23,616 nucleotides of DNA, taken from UHGV virus genome UHGV-1378242; one strand, written 5' to 3'. Below, in pieces: positions 17,110 to 23,616 of the stretch. The notes below the pieces were generated by a model, which was not told the origin of the DNA, made no database searches, and was given only the letters and a program-made list of their open reading frames with translations. The first letter of the stretch is position 1. Every line of letters begins with the position of its first letter. A program made the position numbers and the translations under genes. The DNA is from a virus.

Positions 17110-19584
17110 ATGAGACAGGAATGTATACAAGCGGTCCAGCAGGCGGCGCAGCGCACGTTAACGGCGCGAGAAATACAGAACATTGAAGACCGCATTTATC
17201 GCAATATGCGCTCCATTGCTCGTGATGACCCTATGTCGTGGCGACAACTTTCCGAGTCAGAGCGGCTGTATCGTGCAGCACAATTGGCATCTGAAGAATT
17301 ACAGCGAGAAGCGGCATTAAAGAAACGTCGTGTGGCTCTTACTATAGCCGCACGTCAGAGATTGGATAAATTTATCAATAGCTATCAAGGGGCTGATGGG
17401 AAACTTGGCGCTCTTAACCGTACTATTGCTTTTAATGCAGACGGTAAATCGAATTTCCTCTCTGTTGAGTCCAGAACAAAAGCCACTCGTGATTATGCAT
17501 TGAGTCAATTGCAGGAGGCATTCGAAGCAGTTGATCCTCGCTTTTTTGGCCTGTTTGAAGATGAAGCGGGCGTGCGTGACCTGGTATATGAAATGCGAGG
17601 GCAAAATACTGGCAATGCTAAAGCAAGAAAAGGTGCTAAGGCGTGGAGAGAAGTGACAGATCTACTCCGCCGCCGGTTTAATGATGCTGGTGGGGACATT
17701 GGCTATCTCGAAAACTGGGGGATCCCTCAACATCATTCTATGGAAAAGGTTGGGGCGGTATCAAAAGATAAATGGGTTAGCGATGTTATAGGTAAGCTGG
17801 ATCGCAAATATTATACCCGAGCCGATGGACAACTGATGAACGATGCCGAGTTGTCTGCATTTCTTGGAGAGGCTTATAACACGATCGCTACTGGTGGGCT
17901 GAATAAGCTTACTGATACCGGAATGCGAATTTCCGGCGCACGTGCTAACCGTGGTAATGCATCACGACAGATACATTTCAAAGATGCAGATTCCTATCTG
18001 CAATATCAGCAACTTTATGGCGATCGCTCTCTATGGGAAATCATGGTCGGTCACCTGGAAGGTATCAGTAAAGATATTGCACTGGTGGAAACATATGGCC
18101 CAAACCCCGATCATGTTTTCCGCTCCCTTCTTGATCAGGTTAAGGCAGAAACGGCAACAGCTAACCCGAGTAAAACCGGTAAAGTCGAGCGGCTGGCGAA
18201 CAACACAGAGAATCTGTACAACTTTATTTCTGGAAAGACACAGCCTGTAGCGAATCCGCACATCGCGCGATGGTCTGACAATATCCGCAACTGGCTGGTT
18301 GCCAGCAGACTCGGATCCGCGTTGCTGTCATCGTTCTCTGATCTTGGAACCATGTATCTGTCTGCGAAGGTTACCAACCTTCCAATGAACCAGTTATTCC
18401 GCAACCAGCTTGAAGCTATGGACCCAACGAACCGTACAGAACTTGCGCGGGCGCGCCGCGCTGGTCTGGCGATGGAATCTCTACTTGGCAGCGTTAACCG
18501 CTGGGCGATGGATAATATGGGGCCGTCAGTGTCTCGTTGGGCGGCAACGGCCGTAATGCGTGCCAGTGGGCTTACAGCATGGTCAGATGCGCACAAGCGC
18601 GCCTATGGCGTAACCATGATGGGAAGCCTGGGAGAAGTAGTGTCACGGACACCAGACCTTCGTAGCCTCGATGACTCTGATTTTCGTATCCTGAAAAGCA
18701 AAGGGATTACTGACACAGACTGGAGCGTATGGAAGCTGGCGCAACAGGAGGACTGGGGGAACGGTAATAATACGATGCTGACACCGGAAAGCATTATGCG
18801 TATCCCTGATTCAGCAGTTAAACATCTTGGTGAGCCTGAACGAGTGAAATTTGAGGCAATGCGTAAACTGCTCGGTGCCGTAACTGAAGAAGTTGATATG
18901 GCTGTTATTACACCGGGAGCACGTGAGCAACTGATAACCGGTTCTGGTATTCAGCGTGGAACATGGAAAGGTGAATTAACGAGAAGTGTTTTCCTGTTTA
19001 AATCGTTCCCTATCTCGGTTGTTATGCGTCACTGGTCACGCGCTATGGGTATGCCGTCTGCTGGTGGGCGTGCGGCATATATTGCGACGTTTATTGCCAG
19101 TACGACCATTCTTGGCGCTTTGTCGCAGCAACTTAACGACCTTGCGTCTGGTCGTAATCCTCGAGAGATGACAGGAGAAGGTGCCGCAAAATTCTGGCTT
19201 GGTGCTCTACTGAAAGGTGGTGGCCTTGGCCTTTACGGTGACTTTTTATTGTCAGATCACACTAGGTACGGAAGCGGCGCGCTGGCGTCGATGCTTGGCC
19301 CGGTAGCTGGTCTGGTTGATGACGTAGTGAAGATTGCTCAGGGCATACCGTTAAATGCTGTGGAAGGGAAGAGTGAGCAGACTGGTGGTGATCTGGTGAA
19401 GCTGGGGAAAGGTTTGATGCCAGGTGCGAATCTCTGGTACTTAAAGGCGGCTCTCGATCATATGATCTTGAACCAGATGCAGGAGTATTTTTCACCAGGC
19501 TATTTGCGTAAAATGGAGCAACGTTCGAAGAAAGAGTTTAATCAGACATACTGGTGGCGACCTCAGGATGTCACTCCGCAATAA
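17110..19584 (+). CDS. Putative internal virion/ejection protein (824 aa)
   Basis: Together with the 514-aa ORF it totals roughly the length of T7 gp16 (about 1300 aa). Last large gene of the operon. Confidence 0.6.
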   Translation: MRQECIQAVQQAAQRTLTAREIQNIEDRIYRNMRSIARDDPMSWRQLSESERLYRAAQLASEELQREAALKKRRVALTIAARQRLDKFINSYQGADGKLGALNRTIAFNADGKSNFLSVESRTKATRDYALSQLQEAFEAVDPRFFGLFEDEAGVRDLVYEMRGQNTGNAKARKGAKAWREVTDLLRRRFNDAGGDIGYLENWGIPQHHSMEKVGAVSKDKWVSDVIGKLDRKYYTRADGQLMNDAELSAFLGEAYNTIATGGLNKLTDTGMRISGARANRGNASRQIHFKDADSYLQYQQLYGDRSLWEIMVGHLEGISKDIALVETYGPNPDHVFRSLLDQVKAETATANPSKTGKVERLANNTENLYNFISGKTQPVANPHIARWSDNIRNWLVASRLGSALLSSFSDLGTMYLSAKVTNLPMNQLFRNQLEAMDPTNRTELARARRAGLAMESLLGSVNRWAMDNMGPSVSRWAATAVMRASGLTAWSDAHKRAYGVTMMGSLGEVVSRTPDLRSLDDSDFRILKSKGITDTDWSVWKLAQQEDWGNGNNTMLTPESIMRIPDSAVKHLGEPERVKFEAMRKLLGAVTEEVDMAVITPGAREQLITGSGIQRGTWKGELTRSVFLFKSFPISVVMRHWSRAMGMPSAGGRAAYIATFIASTTILGALSQQLNDLASGRNPREMTGEGAAKFWLGALLKGGGLGLYGDFLLSDHTRYGSGALASMLGPVAGLVDDVVKIAQGIPLNAVEGKSEQTGGDLVKLGKGLMPGANLWYLKAALDHMILNQMQEYFSPGYLRKMEQRSKKEFNQTYWWRPQDVTPQ

Positions 19585-19593
19585 GGAAGTGTT

Positions 19594-19767
19594 GTGTTTT
19601 TAATTATTTTGAGTGTGATAATTTCTGGTGGGTTGTTATTTATTGACCGCTACAAATATTTTCTTAACCCTCAGACTCAAGCTATTTGCTGGTTCATCTT
19701 TGTTGTGCAGGGAATAGTTCTTGTTGCAAGCCTTATTGAGGGGAGGCCTCTGATTTTTACTGGGTAA
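19594..19767 (+). CDS. Small hydrophobic protein (57 aa, two predicted TM segments)
   Basis: GTG start 4 nt after AAGGAA. Absent from the ORF track, probably because it is under 60 aa. Start codon and reality uncertain. Confidence 0.35.
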   Translation: MFLIILSVIISGGLLFIDRYKYFLNPQTQAICWFIFVVQGIVLVASLIEGRPLIFTG

Positions 19768-19779
19768 ATAGGTGACTAC

Positions 19780-20076
19780 ATGCAAGCGATAGGATTCATT
19801 GTTTATATCGTCGTTGGCCTTTTTCAGTTGGCAGCAATTATGGCTGGGCTTGAATCATGGTGGGGATTGCACTGGATAATTGCAGCCCCCATTGCTTTCA
19901 TCGTGAGCTATATTCCATTTGTTGGAGCGATTGTTGGTATGGTTGGTGCTGTGGATGTATGGCGGTGGGAGTGGTGGCAGGCTGGCCTTCTCTTCTTTGG
20001 TGGGATCATCTTTGCTATTGTCTGCGGTGGAATGTCATCATTTTTCGAACGGCTATCATTCAGAAAAGGAACGTGA
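19780..20076 (+). CDS. Small integral membrane protein (98 aa, about three TM segments, charged C-terminus), holin-like topology
   Basis: ATG with AGGTGA upstream. Very hydrophobic and Trp-rich. Last gene before the operon terminator. Stop TGA lies inside palindrome copy 3. Confidence 0.55.
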   Translation: MQAIGFIVYIVVGLFQLAAIMAGLESWWGLHWIIAAPIAFIVSYIPFVGAIVGMVGAVDVWRWEWWQAGLLFFGGIIFAIVCGGMSSFFERLSFRKGT

Positions 20077-20084
20077 CATGTCAC
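20073..20084. repeat. Copy 3 of GTGACATGTCAC
   Basis: Exact 12-mer, 2 bp upstream of the late-operon terminator hairpin. Confidence 0.6.
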
Positions 20085-20085
20085 A

Positions 20086-20110
20086 GGCCGCTTTCGCGGC
20101 CTTGTTTTTA
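20086..20110 (+). terminator. Rho-independent terminator closing the late structural operon
   Basis: GGCCGC (20086-20091), loop TTTC, GCGGCC (20096-20101), then TTGTTTTTA. Confidence 0.75.
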
Positions 20111-20269
20111 ACGAATGCCACCGCCGCCCGGGCGGGAATCCGCAGAACGCCCACCGCAGCGGGAGCCGTCAGCGGCGGTATCGCTGTCGTGCTGACAACG
20201 ACCGGCAAAGGCCTGAGTTGAAGCTACCAGAGACAACAAAACGAACAGTGCAGCAAATGCTTTTTTCAT
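20108..20269 (-). CDS. Secreted micro-protein (53 aa) with a classical signal peptide and two Cys in the mature part
   Basis: MKKAFAALFVLLSLVASTQAFA then GRCQHDSDTAADGSRCGGRSADSRPGGGGIR. Charged n-region, hydrophobic core and an AxA-type cleavage site. Host-like codons (CTG, CGT, GGT). Candidate own promoter TTGACG-N16-TATAGA upstream. The track shows it only as part of the longer 77-aa ORF 20108..20341. Confidence 0.45.
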   Translation of the reverse strand: MKKAFAALFVLLSLVASTQAFAGRCQHDSDTAADGSRCGGRSADSRPGGGGIR

Positions 20270-20340
20270 TGTGACATTTCCATCTATAAGCCACCTCAAT
20301 GTGGCGTCAATGAGTGTAGCACTGACTTTTGTTTCGTCCA

Positions 20341-20362
20341 CAAAAAAGCCCGCAGCGCGGGC
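20341..20362 (-). terminator. Rho-independent terminator for the minus-strand operon
   Basis: On the minus strand: stop TAA, then GCCCGC-GCT-GCGGGC, then TTTTTTG. Confidence 0.7.
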
Positions 20363-20911
20363 TTACTTTTCTTCAGGTTTGTTGTCTTCAGATTTCTTCT
20401 TGATGCTTGGTTTTTGTCTAAGAACGAAAATACCAGCCACTGCAACAACTGTACCGATCACTGTGCCAGCTAGAACTTCATGACCTGTTAAACCTAATAA
20501 TGTTGCACAAGCTACTGTAAAAATAGTTGCACTCAGGCCAAACCACTGCCCACGTTTATCTCTATTAATAGCCCCGTCAAGTGCCTTTTCCTCCATTTTC
20601 TGGCGGTGAGCAAACTCCTTCTCCGTCAGCTGGAAGATGCGTTCGGGGGCATCAGGTAAAATATCCTGATACCCGCGAAGCAGATAGGGGGGAGGAAGCG
20701 GACCCTGAAACGCATGGTGAGCGACAACTATCTCCTGAATTTCAGGGCGATCAAGAACTCTTGTGAAGGCATCTGGGTGTTGAATGATCTCGTTACTTAG
20801 CCCTTCCTCAACTTCCTCGAACTCAGTTTCTTCGTTATCACTTGGTTGCCCAATAGATTTTTGCATATTTGTCGAAGGACATTCCTTTAGCTTCTGGTTT
20901 TCCTCTTGCAT
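20363..20911 (-). CDS. Membrane protein (182 aa): acidic soluble N-terminal domain and two C-terminal TM helices; function unknown
   Basis: TM segments WFGLSATIFTVACATLLGL and VLAGTVIGTVVAVAGIFVL, then a Lys-rich tail. Its 5' end overlaps the upstream 108-aa gene out of frame by 74 nt, or 29 nt if Met16 at 20866 is the start. Confidence 0.6.
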   Translation of the reverse strand: MQEENQKLKECPSTNMQKSIGQPSDNEETEFEEVEEGLSNEIIQHPDAFTRVLDRPEIQEIVVAHHAFQGPLPPPYLLRGYQDILPDAPERIFQLTEKEFAHRQKMEEKALDGAINRDKRGQWFGLSATIFTVACATLLGLTGHEVLAGTVIGTVVAVAGIFVLRQKPSIKKKSEDNKPEEK

Positions 20912-21164
20912 TTGAGTTTTTCCCTGTCACTATTGCCCATTTTCCGCCAGCAGGCGCTGCAATTTTTTTTCCGTTCTTTACTATATATTCAGCATAAACA
21001 CGATTTTCTGACCGTCTGAGATCGTCTCCGACCATATTCATGTCTCTTGATATAACTTTGACGACAGAGTCTCGGTTTAAAGCCTTGGCATAGTTGGAGC
21101 CAGGAACGATACCCAAAGGGGTGCCAGACTCTATAGCCAGCTCCTTGACATATCTTCTGCTCAT
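20838..21164 (-). CDS. Hypothetical soluble protein (108 aa), first gene of the minus-strand operon
   Basis: ATG at 21164; the track's TTG start at 21179 is less likely. Basic, Lys/Gly-rich C-terminal half. Operator-like TTACC-N5-GGTAA lies in its leader. Confidence 0.55.
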   Translation of the reverse strand: MSRRYVKELAIESGTPLGIVPGSNYAKALNRDSVVKVISRDMNMVGDDLRRSENRVYAEYIVKNGKKIAAPAGGKWAIVTGKNSNARGKPEAKGMSFDKYAKIYWATK

Positions 21165-21185
21165 ATGAACCTCAACCAATCGACT

Positions 21186-21200
21186 TTACCAATCGGGTAA
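21186..21200. promoter_or_regulatory. Operator-like inverted repeat TTACC-AATCG-GGTAA
   Basis: Same arms as the 16-mer at 3729 and 22646. Sits 20-35 bp upstream of the 108-aa gene start. A TATAAT-like hexamer is at 21214-21219. Confidence 0.4.
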
Positions 21201-21242
21201 TTTTAAACATGAGTATAATGCTTTTAACTGCAACGAGTGTAA

Positions 21243-21277
21243 ACAATTATTGATAATTGTAGGCACATCCATGTGCC
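21243..21277. promoter_or_regulatory. Two adjacent palindromes, ACAATTAT-TG-ATAATTGT and GGCACAT-CC-ATGTGCC
   Basis: Both are perfect inverted repeats, located between the Bro-N gene stop (21286) and the promoter region of the 108-aa operon. Candidate operator and/or weak terminator. Confidence 0.35.
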
Positions 21278-21285
21278 GCCGCTCG

Positions 21286-21996
21286 TCAGAAGAACCCTGC
21301 CTTGTCGTTGATGTACTCCGCGTGGGTCTGGATATCACGCAGGCATTTGCTCACACCGACGATGTAGCAGAACATGGTGGTCAGCTCCGCCGCCGCGCCC
21401 GATACGTCATGCCCGTCTTCCTGTAACTGGTTCAGCAAATTCATCAGCAGTGAGTTCTCCGTCAGGCCGAGAACACCCGACGGCGAGTGAATCAAACTGC
21501 GGTAGCCGGGCTTCAGCGGGGCGCTGTAGGTTTTGTTCTCTATCTTCATCGCCTGCATTACTGCTGATGCTGTGGCGTTGGCTACCTGGTCGGCAACCAT
21601 CTTTATGCGTTCTTCCTGCGGGAGCGAGTTTTTAATGTAGCTTCCGGTGCGGCGGATCTGAGGAAGAACCTCACCTGTAACCCATTTACGAAAGCGGTAG
21701 GGGATAGTGCCTGGTGTCACTGCGTCGCGGCAGCGGAGGATCAGTGTGTAGAGGCCTGACTCGGAGATAATGTTGATCTCTTTTACTCGGCTGTCAAAAA
21801 TTGCACGATGTTCATGCCCTATGTTGAACATAGACCTTTCATCATCATCCAGTTTTTCAAGTGCTTGGGTGACGTTTTGGATACGCAGCGCACTACAAAC
21901 GTCTTGGGCTACAAACCATGGTTGGCCATCGATAATGATGGAACGGATAGGGTTAACAGATTCAAATTTGAAGATGGCAGTTTGAGCATTAGCCAT
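21286..21996 (-). CDS. Bro-N family antirepressor-like protein
   Basis: N-terminal FKFESVNPIRSIIIDGQPWFVAQDVCSALRI… fits the Bro-N pattern. Start taken at ATG 21996 (GGAG 9 nt upstream) rather than GTG 22011. The C-terminal ~65 aa are homologous to the 85-aa protein at 22312..22569. Confidence 0.8.
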   Translation of the reverse strand: MANAQTAIFKFESVNPIRSIIIDGQPWFVAQDVCSALRIQNVTQALEKLDDDERSMFNIGHEHRAIFDSRVKEINIISESGLYTLILRCRDAVTPGTIPYRFRKWVTGEVLPQIRRTGSYIKNSLPQEERIKMVADQVANATASAVMQAMKIENKTYSAPLKPGYRSLIHSPSGVLGLTENSLLMNLLNQLQEDGHDVSGAAAELTTMFCYIVGVSKCLRDIQTHAEYINDKAGFF

Positions 21997-22014
21997 GGTG
22001 GTTATCTCCACTTA

Positions 22015-22028
22015 GTGATTTTAATCAC
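22015..22028. promoter_or_regulatory. Palindrome GTGATT-TT-AATCAC over the putative -10 of the Bro-N gene
   Basis: Perfect 14-bp inverted repeat 19 bp upstream of the Bro-N ATG. The minus-strand TAAAAT hexamer lies inside it. Its GTGA-N6-TCAC core loosely resembles a CRP-type site. Confidence 0.35.
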
Positions 22029-22142
22029 CACCGCAACGCCAATTACTGGTGGTGAACTGGACAAGGTTGGCGTACCGGCCTAAGTGGTACCGGCGTCCTT
22101 TCGGACCCCTGCCCAGCCCACCATAATTCGGATATAGCTGTG

Positions 22143-22164
22143 CTTAACGCATAAAAAAACCACG
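22143..22164 (-). terminator. Candidate intrinsic terminator after the 85-aa gene
   Basis: Minus strand: CCACG-CCAGA-CGTGG followed by TTTTTTT. The stem is short (5 bp). Further hairpins lie upstream at 22181-22225. Confidence 0.4.
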
Positions 22165-22263
22165 TCTGGCGTGGTATGCGCCACTTAGTAACCCGGGACG
22201 CCAATCCCGGCACTGGATTTTGCCAGTGCCCGATTACTATGGCACAAGAGGAGTGCGATGTAA

Positions 22264-22282
22264 ATTTACCGCAAAGGTAAAT
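22264..22282. promoter_or_regulatory. Inverted repeat ATTTACC-GCAAA-GGTAAAT nested in a longer hairpin
   Basis: Variant of the TTACC-N5-GGTAA motif, bracketed by the 8-bp inverted repeat AGGAGTGC…GCACTCCT (about 22244-22292). Confidence 0.4.
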
Positions 22283-22311
22283 ATAAGCACTCCTATTGGT
22301 AATTTCAAATC

Positions 22312-22569
22312 TTATCTGGTTTGTTTTCGTAATTGTTCGGCACAATAGTCGAGATGTGTTTGCAGATCCTGCATAGACATCTGTGAGCTGGTGACGTAGT
22401 TAATCAGTGCAGTCAGTTCGGCAAGTGGGCCATCGACATTAAATCCATCCTTATCGAGATCCCGGAGTAATTTCATCAAGTGCGATCCCTCCACCAGTGA
22501 CCTGACGCCTCCCGGCGTGTGAATCCTTTCGGTAAATCCGTCTTCCAGTGGATAGTGATACTGCTGCAT
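22312..22569 (-). CDS. Small LexA-controlled protein (85 aa), antirepressor-like, paralogous to the C-terminal domain of the Bro-N protein
   Basis: ATG 22569 with GGAGAA upstream; the track ORF is N-terminally over-extended. Aligns with the Bro-N C-terminus on IH-P-GV, LM-LL, AELT and QTH-Y. A LexA box lies 20-40 bp upstream. Confidence 0.6.
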   Translation of the reverse strand: MQQYHYPLEDGFTERIHTPGGVRSLVEGSHLMKLLRDLDKDGFNVDGPLAELTALINYVTSSQMSMQDLQTHLDYCAEQLRKQTR

Positions 22570-22588
22570 CTTATCTTCTCCATGCAAT

Positions 22589-22608
22589 AACTGTATATTT
22601 ATACAGTA
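22589..22608. promoter_or_regulatory. LexA (SOS) box
   Basis: AACTGTATATTTATACAGTA matches the consensus TACTGTATATATATACAGTA at 18 of 20 positions, with perfect CTGT-N8-ACAG. Positioned over the putative promoter of the minus-strand 85-aa gene, in the divergent region shared with the tailspike gene. Confidence 0.7.
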
Positions 22609-22644
22609 GCAAATAATTTGTTTGCTATCCAGCACGTTTTGCAA

Positions 22645-22661
22645 ATTACCTGAAAGGTAAT
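22645..22661. promoter_or_regulatory. Operator-like inverted repeat ATTACC-TGAAA-GGTAAT
   Basis: Contains the 16-mer TTACCTGAAAGGTAAT identical to 3729-3744. About 40 bp upstream of the LexA box. A half-site-like CAGGTAAT follows at about 22706-22713. Confidence 0.45.
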
Positions 22662-22764
22662 ATCTATTCGTATTTACAGTCTTTCTATCCATATGTGGTT
22701 TTTCAGGTAATAGAATAACCAGATATGCGGCGCAACGGGTGCTGCGACTATCTGGAGATTTAAC

Positions 22765-23616
22765 ATGACGGTCTCAACCGAAGTTGACCACAACGAATAC
22801 ACCGGTAACGGCGTTACGACATCGTTTCCGTATACTTTTCGAATTTTCAGAAAATCAGACCTGGTTGTTCAGGTGTCTGACCTGAACGGGAACGTAACAG
22901 AATTGGTTCTGGATACCGGTTATACGGTAACTGGGGCGGGCACTTATAGTGGCGGTTCTGTGGTTCTTCCGTCTCCGCTTGCTACTGGATGGCGAATTAC
23001 GATAGATCGTGTGCTTGATGTAGTGCAGGAGACAGACCTTCGCAATCAGGGAAAATTTTTCCCCGAAGTGCATGAAGATGCCTTTGACTACCTGACGATG
23101 CTGATCCAGCAATGTTTTGGGTGGTTCAGACGTGCATTGATGAAACCATCTTTGCTTGCAAAATATTACGATGCAAAGCAAAACAAAATTTCTAACCTTG
23201 CAGATCCATCATTTGAGCAGGACGCTGTAAATAATCGCTCAATGCGTAATTATGTCGATGCTGCAATCGCCGGGGTTGTTGGTGGTTTTGGTTGGTTTAT
23301 TCAGTATGGTTCTGGGGCTGTGTACCGAACGTTCCAGGATAAAATGCGTGATGCTATTAGCCCCAAAGATTTTGGAGCTGTTGGTGATGGTATAAATGAC
23401 GATTCCACTGCAATAAGCGCGTGCCTTGAAGCCTCATCTCCAGGTTATAAAATTGACGGATTAGGGCTTACTTTTAAAGTATCAACTCTTCCGGATGTCA
23501 GTCGATTTAAAAATGCTCGTTTTTTATTTGAGAGAATACCGGGCCAGCCTCTTTTTTATGCTTCTGAAGATTTTATCCAGGGAGAGTTATTTAAAATTAC
23601 AGATACACCGTGGTAC
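22765..23616 (+). CDS. Tailspike / tail fibre with predicted pectate-lyase-like beta-helix (probable polysaccharide depolymerase); 3' end outside the window
   Basis: ATG 22765 with GGAG 7 nt upstream; open to the window end, so not in the ORF track. N-terminus MTVSTEVDHNEYTGNGVTTSFPYTFRIF… looks like a podovirus particle-binding domain. KDFGAVGDGINDDSTAI is the hallmark start of a pectate-lyase-type beta-helix. Confidence 0.8.
   Translation, partial: MTVSTEVDHNEYTGNGVTTSFPYTFRIFRKSDLVVQVSDLNGNVTELVLDTGYTVTGAGTYSGGSVVLPSPLATGWRITIDRVLDVVQETDLRNQGKFFPEVHEDAFDYLTMLIQQCFGWFRRALMKPSLLAKYYDAKQNKISNLADPSFEQDAVNNRSMRNYVDAAIAGVVGGFGWFIQYGSGAVYRTFQDKMRDAISPKDFGAVGDGINDDSTAISACLEASSPGYKIDGLGLTFKVSTLPDVSRFKNARFLFERIPGQPLFYASEDFIQGELFKITDTPWY

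Noticed and set aside
20078-20221. Plus-strand 47-aa ORF starting at the ATG inside palindrome copy 3
   Set aside because: The late-operon terminator (20086-20110) lies inside it, its codon usage is poor (CGG, GGA, AGA, TTA), and the opposite strand encodes a peptide with a textbook signal sequence. Kept only as an alternative.
21243-21260. ACAATTATTGATAATTGT as a Fur box
   Set aside because: The half-site orientation and spacing do not match the GATAATGATAATCATTATC consensus; kept only as an unassigned AT-rich palindrome.
22855-23181. 108-aa minus-strand ORF
   Set aside because: Lies antisense within the tailspike gene, which carries strong conserved motifs.
1-23616. CRISPR arrays, insertion sequences, integrase or transposase genes, rRNA
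   Set aside because: No regularly spaced direct repeats with spacers, no terminal inverted repeats flanking a transposase-like ORF, and no ORF with recombinase features were seen.

Overview
This window reads as the late (packaging and morphogenesis) region of a temperate, mosaic podovirus-type prophage in an enterobacterial (E. coli/Salmonella-like) background. All calls are from manual reading of the sequence and the ORF track; no database search or structure prediction was run, so homology statements are recollection or inference. Left to right: a 5'-truncated gene and a small Cys-rich protein, then terS and terL, then a minus-strand moron (tRNA-Arg UCU plus a 123-aa ORF). A long, translationally coupled plus-strand operon follows (4055-20076) in T7-like order: portal, scaffold, capsid, small head proteins, adaptor-like, nozzle-like, internal/ejection proteins and two small membrane proteins. 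It is closed by a strong intrinsic terminator. Between that operon and a partial tailspike/depolymerase gene (22765 to window end) lies a minus-strand accessory island (20108-22700), which is the best candidate for an undescribed system. The island holds a signal-peptide micro-protein, an out-of-frame overlapping pair (108-aa soluble and 182-aa membrane protein), a Bro-N antirepressor, and an 85-aa protein behind a near-consensus LexA box. Two non-coding motif families recur: the 12-bp palindrome GTGACATGTCAC three times, always beside a terminator, and TTACC-N5-GGTAA operator-like palindromes (one 16-mer identical at 3729 and 22646). No CRISPR array, integrase, transposase or rRNA was seen.
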